Translations under genes and position numbers: made by a program
Notes under the pieces: generated by a model
Seen by the model: only the letters and a program-made list of their open reading frames with translations
What the model was told of the DNA's origin: nothing
The model's database searches: none
Shown here: piece by piece, positions 39,441 to 48,756 of the stretch
Layout: the number at the start of each line of letters is the position of its first letter
How positions within the stretch are numbered: the stretch's first letter is position 1
Assembly: GCA_000165425.1 (NCBI GenBank)
Contig: CT868659.1
Span: 310,001 to 358,756 of the forward strand
DNA length: 48,756 bases
Direction: 5' to 3'
From: Paramecium tetraurelia
Taxonomy: Eukaryota

Positions 39441-40026
39441 TCAAAATGAATATTTATCTTAAATATTTTTAGCAAATTAACAAATAAACAATACTCATCA
39501 ATATACTTATCAAATCTACCTTTTATATTCTCAAATTTTCATTTTAAAATACCAACTGTTGTATTTATTTGAATTTATTACTTTATTTATCTAATATAAT
39601 TCATATCAATTTCATACAATAATTATTAGTAATTGTTCCGAAATAAAAATTATGAAGGGAAGCAAGTGCAGGTTATTCTATTTTGATTAAGATGAAAATT
39701 TTATAGTTTAATAATGAATAGTCTTTTAAATACAGTTAAAACCAAGTAATATATAAGTAATTAATTTTATTAATTTGAGTTTTTATTTTTTTGTAAATTA
39801 TTACCTGTCCCCTGTTTACTTGATGATTCAATAGTGCGAACAACCCAATTCTCAAAGAATGCCTATCATATAGATTTTTGATCTTGGTATTTCTTTGAAT
39901 ATGTTGATTTAGATAGCACATTTAATTTTGAGTAATTATCCTAAGAATCTTAATAAAATTAAATAATAATATATATAAATCTTTCTCAAAAATAAAATGT
40001 AATTCATTTAGAAATAATGCAATGTT

Positions 40027-41163
40027 TCAATCTTCTTCCAGTAAAACTTAATTCTTAGATTAAAGATATTTAATAATAAAAATCTCCTTATAAATTAGAT
40101 TTCCAAGCACTAAAATGGAAAACCCAATTAATTCTATCAAATTAGCCAGATAAGAAGTGTTTTCCCATACCCTAGATGTAGTAGCTGTGACTACAAGCCC
40201 AATAGCCCAAATAAAAATTGTCCTCAGTGTGTCTACAACACTCCTAGTCAAGGATGAAGCATGCTTTGTGACATTAACACCAAAAATATTATACAATGTA
40301 ATGCTAAATATACCCAAGATTACAGATAATGTTAACCAAAGATCGCTTCCTAATTATTAGAAAAATAGATCTGTGCTTTCAAAATAACCTTTATCGTTTC
40401 TATACACACATCCATCTCTAAAATTACATGGAATAAAATTTAAAATTGGTATCAAAATACCCAAAGTTAAAATACCCCACATTCCTTCCATACCAACAAC
40501 ATAGAATACATGATAGTTGTATTATAAAAATAGCTTTTCTTCATAAATATACGAGGTGGCTTAAGTAAATAAAGATAGAATAATTAACAAGATAGAAATC
40601 AATTTGATTTCCCAGCTGAAATCACTTTTTGATTATTCTCTATATATAAAATTGGATAATCCAACAATGAAAATACCTAAAATAGCCAACAGAATTCCAA
40701 GTGATTGCTGTAATGATAATTTTTTCTTAAGCACAAATTTAGAAAATGCTGCTGTTACAATCATAAGCTATTGTTGGTAATATTAATACTCCTCCTCTCA
40801 TCATTTGGAAAATAGATGATGGAATAAAATTCAAAGCGACATTCTACAAAGAAGATGTAATAACATCAAACAAAGCTGGTATTGCCAATCTTCTAAACCC
40901 TCCATTCTATTTATTAGGATCCTCTTCAACTTTCATATTAAATAAGAAATAAAACACTAAACAAATTGCTTCCCCTATAAACATGCATAACCCCTAAAAT
41001 TAGATTTGTAAATTACTTGCATATAAGGGTGTATAAATGATACTCCATCAATTATAGTAGTGTTTTAATACTTATAGACTAAAGTGTTAAGTGTACCTAT
41101 TATAACCATTCCAATCAATAATAAATTGATAAAATGCTTGTTTTTCTATGCATTTTTCATCAT
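40027..41163 (-). CDS. SLC35F6-like drug/metabolite (nucleotide-sugar) transporter
   Basis: FIHPYMQ|GLCMFIGE, IPALFD, SIFQMMRG, VVGMEGMWG, YNIFGVNVTKHASSLTRSVVDTLRTIFIW. About ten hydrophobic segments. Confidence 0.9.
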
Positions 41164-41832
41164 TTTTAATTCAAATAATTTTATTAATTAAATATAAATA
41201 TTACTAATTTCTCTATTCATTAAAATTCTTATAGTAGAATAAAAGGTTCAGATTTGATTAACTTAAATTGTATTATTTTTGCCATAGGAAATCTTACCAT
41301 AAAATTGTATATAAGGGTTTCAAATTTTGATGATGATTACTTGAAATAAATTTGTAATTTTATTATTTTTTCTAAAATATCTATAAAATTACATTTAAAT
41401 ATTAAGAGTTAATATCAAAAATGACTAATATATATAGTATATATTCATGTATTGAAAAATCAATGAGATTTATTAAAGTAAAATAACTAAGATTTAACTT
41501 CAACTATCTGATCTAAGTTGAATCATATTTGATATTTTAAAGTTAATTTTAAATACAAATTTTTGATCAATCTTCATATTAAAATTTCTCAATACAATTA
41601 GATTTTCCCAACCTTGAATATAATGGGCCTTTGATTTATTTAAAAAAATGGAGTTAAGATTTATAGAATAAAAATGTACAAACTATTCAAAATTTAATAT
41701 CCAAGAAAGTAATAATATAAACTCCTTTGAAAACAAATGATTTCTATAGACAAACTATTCTTAATATATCAATGATATAATCTCACAAAATTATTAATTA
41801 ATCTTGTTAAACCAAAATTCTAATCAAAATAA

Positions 41833-42790
41833 TAAATATATAATTATTTGTCTTTTTTTAACAAGTTTCTTTTTGCTTAAGAGGATTTGAGATAAGTGCA
41901 TGCAGTTTGGAGGCATGGAGCTAGAAATTATTATCATTGTAATTGGAATTTCATTAAAGATTAGATTAGAGGAGATGAAGCAATCTTAATCCAAATTGAT
42001 ACATAATGCCCAAAAATGAATGCAGATAATTAAAATACTCAGCTTTACAAGGAAGTTAATGCTGAAACTGCACAACTATATGATAACTTTAATATAGAAT
42101 TTAAATTTATAAGGAGATGAAAAAGTTAATGATATCATAGAGTTATCACATAGGAGAGATACTATTATTTGTAATAGATACAATGGAGATCCATTACCTC
42201 CCAATCTAAAAGCATAGACTCTCTAATAACTTGCTAGCTTAGCATAATCTCTTGAAAAATTCTAAACCCAAAGTATAATACTAATGTTTAATTTGTTAAG
42301 TGAAAATCTAATCAACTCCTTATTTTAAAGGTTAATTGAAAATTTTGACACTGCTTTAGCTGGGGGGTTAAATTGTAAAAGTAGTTTGGATCATCTGCAC
42401 ATGATTCGTCTCCTTGGATGCCTATTATCGGCCTTAAATTTAAAGAGTGTATTGCTAGGCTGATATTTATTAAAATAATACTATCAAGTACAATAACTGT
42501 ATAACTAAAGTATGTCTAATATCATTTCAATAGTATAGAGATTTGGTTGCAAATTTGATATTTGAATTCTGCAATAAATACTGGGACGTTTATTAAAGTG
42601 CTTTATAATTGAGAGTATGTTCCAATATATTCAGACTTTGCAAAGACTTTTAAATACATAAGGTTTAGTTCATTTATCATTTGTTAATTACTAAATTACA
42701 TTAAGGAATGTATTGAATCAAATGAGGAGATCAATCTTGTTCTTATGATTCATTTATTTCCTTAGATTCATATTAAACTCCAAAATGGGC
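41833..42790 (+). pseudogene. Histidine acid phosphatase (lysosomal-type) pseudogene
   Basis: LRQVHAVWRHGARN (41911-41925) and SAHDS (~42400) motifs are present. There is no clear ATG, an in-frame TGA at 42118, several frame changes and an apparent internal deletion. Confidence 0.75.
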
Positions 42791-43012
42791 GTAATCTATT
42801 TTTCGGTATTTGTTGGTATTTACTGCAATATTAAAATTCAGATAAAAAATGGGTTTAAGATGAATATTATAAGAATCAAATCAATATTAAATTATACTGA
42901 TTTGCAGTAATGCTGATAAATTTAAAAAAAAAAATATCATAGCAATTAAGTTTTTTAATTTGAATGATTATTATTTTAAACTAATATGATTTCATTCCTT
43001 TAGAATTTTTTC

Positions 43013-44520
43013 TCATATATTAACTTAGCCAATATTGTTGATACTCTGTTCGATTCTATTCACGATTTCTTTAAATCCAAGATAATCTCCGGAGATTTTG
43101 TATATATTTAACTTAATCATTTCATTATCGCAATCTAAAATCTAGACGGAGAACTTTATAGTTTCATCTATTTCATCTTCAGTTTGAAAATCAATCTAAA
43201 ATATATAACAAAACAACATAATATTTTTTGTTATGGACTGAGCTCACTTTAGAGGAAAATCTTGAACATTCTTTTAAAAGAAAACAGAAAACAACCTTGG
43301 GATTATGATAAATGAGAATTTCATTTGGGAATCCTAACTCCCTACCTTTTGTTAAGACTCTCTCCTAGAAATTTAACTAATATTGTTCAATAATTTATGA
43401 GTAACATTCTTATACCTTACTTTCGTCACTGCTTCTGAACTCATCTTTAATCCTTTAGGCTTGCCTTTTCATAAAAAAATCGGTTTTTTCGCCTTAAGTT
43501 TTTGGATATCTTCTTTGGAGTTCTTTTTGAATTTGCTATTCTGTAGCCATTGGTCCATTAGTCCATGGCTGTTACATACATTAATCTAAACTAAATCTGT
43601 TATTAGGATTTAAAACTAGCATTCCACAAATAAGGTTTCTATTAGGATAATAATGTCAATTTAAGTACATCAAATCTTCTGAAATAGTCTAATTTTCTAA
43701 GATAATCTAATCCTCTTGGATTTACTAATCTCTCTATAAAATCTAATTTCTGTTTAAATTTTCATTTCGTTTTAGTAAATATTGTTTTAATTTTTGCTTG
43801 AATACAGCTTCATTGTTTGGTGGTGAACCAGTAACTAGGATATGTAAAATCATGCCAGCTGAATAAATATCCGCTTTTGTTCCATCATAAGGAATGTTTT
43901 GAAGACTTTCAGGTGCCGCATATTCTAAATTTTCACAATACATACATTTTGTTCCAATAACACTATTTTAAGGATGTAAAAATGCGGCTAATCCAAAATC
44001 AGCAACTTTTAGATTAAAATTTTGATCAAGCAACAAATTTTCCAATTTCAGATCTCTATGGCAAATTCCTTTGTTTGCCATAAAAATCATGCTCACCAAT
44101 AACTACTTAAAGTAGAATCTAGTAATTTCTTCAGAGAGACATCCAAAATTTTTAATGTAATCAAAAAATTCTCCACCTTAAGCATATTCGAGTATAATGC
44201 AAATGCGATTTACAATTTATCCATTTCTTTTCTATTTAAATATTGATGAATTATTACTCTGTATGGAAGTGCATCGCTGAAATCAATAAGTTTGATAATG
44301 TTAGGGTGAAGTATTAATTTAAGAATATTCACTTCATTTGCAAGGGTCATTATGTTTTAAGCCGTATCTTTGTCCTTCTTGAAAATTTTGATTGCCACGT
44401 ATTATCCGTCCTTCTCAGCTAATTTGACTCTAATCTTGCACTTATAAATTACTTGGAAAAACCTCCCTTTCCTAATGTTCCTAGGATTATGTATTCACCA
44501 CATTTTTTTTCTAATTCCAT
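43013..44520 (-). CDS. CAMK-group (SNF1/MARK-like) Ser/Thr kinase with probable C-terminal KA1 domain
   Basis: [63 protein letters not shown]-terminal [14 protein letters not shown]. Confidence 0.92.
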
Positions 44521-45636
44521 TTATTGCTAATCTTTTTATATACAAAAGCTCAACTCTAATTAAACTTATAAAGTCTGAAAAAATGTGAAAAAATAAATAT
44601 ATATTAAAGTACTTAGCAATTTAGTTTCTTTAATTCATTCAAAAAAAATAATGATTTTCAAAATTAGAGTTTTACATTTAAACTAAGAAAGCATATTAAG
44701 CTTGTGAAATGTAAGCATAAATATATCCAATTAGAGGAAAGAATTTCTCCGACTATAAAATAGGGAAGAATGTCGCAGGCCTAAAAATTACGATATTTCC
44801 TGACTATTTTTAAAATATACAACATTTAAAAGAGAAATGTACAAAAAAGAAAACACTTTTACAGGAGAATTATGTGGCAATGATCAAAATAATAGAACAA
44901 AAATATCATTAAATGCTTACTGAAGTCTGACTCTTGAACCTAATAAATATTTTATAACGTTTTTTCGACAGTATGAGAATATATATACTCATATAATAAA
45001 TAACAATTTTAAAAAGAAGACAAAATATTATTATTTTTAAATATTCATTAAAGCAATTAAAATTTACGACCATTTATAATGCCTTGAAGAATCCCTTAAT
45101 GACTACTACAAGTAACATAAAATTAACAAATATTTTGATAAGCTATTGGGAAGAGCTTAGCAAAGAAATAAAAACAATTAATCAGGAATCAACAAACACC
45201 ATCTTTTAGACAATAAAAACAAGAAAATAGAATAAGAATCAATTTGCAAGAAGAATTTGAATTTCAAAACATTTTTTAACTTGTAAAGTACTAATTTGAT
45301 CGATTTTTTTTTTAGTGTAGAGGTTCTATTAAATACAAAGTATTGACTTGTAAGAAATAATAAATTTCTAGTAGTAGAAAAGATTCAGATTTGAAATAGA
45401 ATTAAGTTTATATTTATCTCTTTAGTTTAAGCAGTATTTCTTTCATAAATTTTGAAAAAAATATAAGATAATTGCTATGTTATTTTATAAATCGTTATAA
45501 TATTGATCTTTTGGTAGAAACTTCTTAAAGAACAATATTATAGCTTAGCTAAAGTTGTTTTAATCTAAATTGTGAATATACTAAAAAGAATTTAATTTTT
45601 TTAAAAGAGGCAATTTCTATCAAGTATTTAAATAGT

Positions 45637-48283
45637 ATGTAATGCACCTATCATCCTTAAAATTCAATAACAGTAATCTGTATAGCACCTCATATTTGTT
45701 AAAGGAAGCTTTGCGCAGAATGCCAATATGATCATAATGTGGATCTTAAAAAGATAATCCCCATCAATATATTTAGACAATTAATGATTAAGAAATTCTA
45801 AGACTGTAAAATAGGTGGGACACTTGAATTTTAAGATATGAAAAATAGCTCGAAATAAAGGCTGTCCAATTCTGAAAATGAATTTAAATCATTATTGGGC
45901 CATTTAACAGAATAAATAAAATAAACTTAGGAGATGTTAGAGAAATAAGAAGAATCATACCTGGATCTCATATATTAAAATGAGAACTTTGTAGAATCAT
46001 CTATAACTGTTTTACAATAGCTAGTGTAAATATTAAATGGTAGCATTTTGGATGAATGGAATGATAAAAAAAAAAGCTATGTATCAAAAATGAAATTGGC
46101 ACTTGATTAGTTTGATGTTTAAGTGTAGATTTGTTTTGAAAAACTTAAAGAAGAAATGAAAATTATATAATAGATAATTTAGTAATTATTTAATTATTTT
46201 CTTATAGGATGGATAACGATGAAAAATTCAAATGGTAAGAAGGTATTTAAGAATACAAATGTCGGCAATGGGATTATTATGGTCAGAAATTTATTAACAC
46301 AAAATTTCTAATTAAATTTACCAAAGAAAAAGAAATTTAATATATCAGAGACGGTTCTATCCTCAGAAGGTATTAATTAAATATTAATTAATATTAAAAG
46401 CCAAAACATCAAAAATATTTATGTGAAACCTGAAGTTTTATCAAATTTAGAGTAAATTCAATACCTTAGGTGGTTTGGAAAATATAACTACAATAATTAA
46501 AATGTTGGTAAGTGGATAGCTACATGGAGAGGAGAAGGTTTAAGGGATGTTGGAGGATAGTACTCTGATGATGGGAAAAAAAAAGGTTTATGGAAAGAAC
46601 TAATACCAGATTATTGGAAGTATATTAGGATATAATTAATTAATAGCAAAACTTATTCATAGGGGTCTGGAGTATATATGGATGGCAAAAGAAGATAAAC
46701 CTGGAAATATATTTACAAAGATTAAGAACTGTATAATGAGATAAAATTATGATAGTTGTGGGGGAGAATACAATGAGAATGGAGAGAAAAATGGAAATTG
46801 GAAAGAGTTTTGGTAAGGATTTTGGGAGAAATCATTTGTGATCAATAAGGGAGAATATAGAAATGGCAAAAAAATTGGTAAATGGGAAATGTTGTATAAG
46901 CCGGAGGATGATAATTAATATAAAAAAATGTAAGGAAAAATATATTGAAATTAATTAGCGGAGGCGGCTAATATGATTTAGAAGGTTCTGAGATTAAGAC
47001 TGGAGAGTGGAATGAACTAAGAGAGGGATTTTGGGATAAATCCTAAGTAATCTATAGTGGGGTATACGATAATGGTAAAAAAGTTGGCAAATGGGAAATT
47101 TTTTATAAATAGTAAAAGATGTAAATATAATAATAATATCATAATTTAGAGGTGGTGGTGAATATGATAAAGGAAATGGAATTTAGATTGGGGAGTGGAT
47201 AGAATTAAGCGAAGGATTTTGGGATAGATCTTAAGTCACTTATTCTGGGAATTATTAAAATGGCAAAAAGGCTGGTAGATGGAATATTTAGAATTAAACT
47301 AAATAGATGTACCAATTTGATTATTATTTAGTGGTGGTGGATCATATCATGAAGCAGGATCTGGGATTAAGGTTGGATAGTGGACTGAAATAAGAGAGGG
47401 ATTTTGGGATAGATCATAAGTAACTGATAAAGGTGAATATAAAGAAGGCAAAAAAATTGGTTAATGGGATACTTACTATGAAAATAAATAAATGTATTGC
47501 ATTAATTTATATTTACAATTTATAGTGCTGGTGGAAAATATGATGAATAAGGGAATCAACATAAGGTTGGATAATGGGTTGATTTGAGTGATGGATTTTA
47601 TGAAGATTAATAGGTAACCTATTGTGGAGAATATAAAAACAATAAAAAGGTTGGTAAATGGGAGACTTCATATCAAAATAAAAAAATGTAAGCAAACATA
47701 AAAGATTTTAGCGGCGGGGGATAATATGATTTAGAAGGAGAAGGATTTAAGATTGGATAATGGATTGATTTGAATGACGCATTTTAGTATTACTCATAAG
47801 TATCCTATAACGGGGAATATTAAAATGGAAAAAAAACTGGTAGATGGGATATTAATTATTAAGGAACAAAGATGTAAGTATTATATTCGAGAAATAATAT
47901 TGTAGAGGTGGAGGATCTTATGATGAAAAAGGGGATGGAACATAAGTAGGGTAGTGGATTGAGCTAGACGATGGATTCTGGGAGAAATCATAAATAACCT
48001 ATGTTGGAATGTATAAAAACGGTAGAAAAATTAGCAAATGGGAAATTTTACATAAGGGCACTAAAATGTAAATATGATTTAAAAAAATATTAGTGGTGGA
48101 GGATATTACGATGGGGATAATGGCCTTAAGTTAGGTAAATGGACTGAGTTGAAGGATGGGTTTTATTACATGAGTTAAATCGCTTATATAGGTGAATATG
48201 AATCTGGCAAAAAATTTGGTACTTGGGTGGAAATGGATTTAACTAGGAACTAGAAATTAAACGAATACAAATTTTATCGATGA
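45637..48283 (+). CDS. B-box-like Zn finger + coiled coil + tandem MORN-variant repeat protein
   Basis: MQCTYHPQNSITVICIAPHICQRKLCAECQYDH, a coiled coil, then ~54-aa repeats such as GGGQYDQEGSEIKTGEWNELREGFWDKSQVIYSGVYDNGKKVGKWEIFY. At least eleven tiny introns. Confidence 0.88.
46731..48283 (+). repeat. Eight tandem intron+exon repeat units of ~185-200 nt
   Basis: Introns at 46731-46755, 46930-46958, 47121-47149, 47309-47331, 47494-47525, 47688-47711, 47874-47905 and 48068-48093, all phase 2 just before the GGG motif. Confidence 0.88.
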
Positions 48284-48588
48284 ATAATAATTAGAGTTAT
48301 AAATAATATAAATATGCATTTATATAAAATAGTTCAAATAATAAATTTTTGTGAAAAGGCTTTTACAATCTTTTTTCTGGTTGAGTAGATTTTATTGAGC
48401 ATTTTTAGAATCAATAAAATTGATTATTTATGAATTTATGCATTGTTTTTATTTTCATTTTCTTAAATTCATTAATATCTAGGTAGTAGAAAAATAATTT
48501 TATCATGATTTTTTGATTTGAATGTCTATTCATATAAATAACTTAGACTATAATCTTTGATAATACAATAATTTATTTATTTATAAGA

Positions 48589-48756
48589 TCATTTGTGGAA
48601 AGGCCTCGGTTACTTTTATTTCTTTTGAGGCTGTTCCGATTTTTCCTCTTGAATCTTTCCCTATTATTGTAGAGTGCGCCTCCATTGTTCAAGTATGAGC
48701 GCATCTATTTATTCCTCACTAAATTACGACATGACTACCTAGCCGCATTCTTTGTG
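48589..48756 (-). CDS. 3' end of a hypothetical protein gene (5' part outside window)
   Basis: Open frame HKECGQVVMSQFSEEQIDALILEQWRRTLQQQGKIQEEKSEQPQKKQKQPRPFHK*. Confidence 0.6.

Noticed and set aside
39640..39930. Slightly GC-richer patch and the 61-aa ORF at 39736-39921
   Set aside because: No recognisable protein or RNA motif. It may be a gene remnant but cannot be supported.
46731..48283. Regularly spaced repeats as a CRISPR-like array or satellite
   Set aside because: The units are degenerate protein-coding exons separated by GT..AG introns. There are no identical direct repeats and no cas genes.

Overview
AT-rich, gene-dense ciliate macronuclear DNA, almost certainly Paramecium. Genes read through TAA/TAG as Gln (genetic code 6, TGA the only stop) and carry tiny 21-32 nt GT..AG introns, so the supplied standard-code ORF track is mostly fragments or antisense artefacts. 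Reading by hand with code 6 gives about 30 protein genes: proteasome ATPase RPT5 (3' part), CCDC17-like, CEP41-like, a hybrid histidine kinase, TBC Rab-GAP, SRP68, two Ser/Thr kinases, a MORN protein, a trichocyst matrix protein, a short syntaxin, a double-domain GST, a bacterial-type beta-lactamase-fold hydrolase, a SHIPPO-repeat protein, IES6, LCMT1, a histidine phosphatase, SLC35F6-like, and a Zn-finger/MORN-variant repeat protein. There is also one intronless tRNA-Tyr(GTA) and several decaying pseudogenes. The most notable observations are: (1) a repeat gene built from symmetric phase-2 exon cassettes of mostly 162 nt; (2) two complete GSTs fused in one ORF ending in KKRGCC; (3) an intron-containing, secreted AmiE/YbbE-like hydrolase of probable bacterial origin; (4) divergent gene pairs whose ATGs are only 10-11 nt apart. 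No mobile element, CRISPR array, rRNA or telomeric repeat was seen. All calls come from manual translation and recalled motifs, with no database search, so exon boundaries inside long genes are not all verified.
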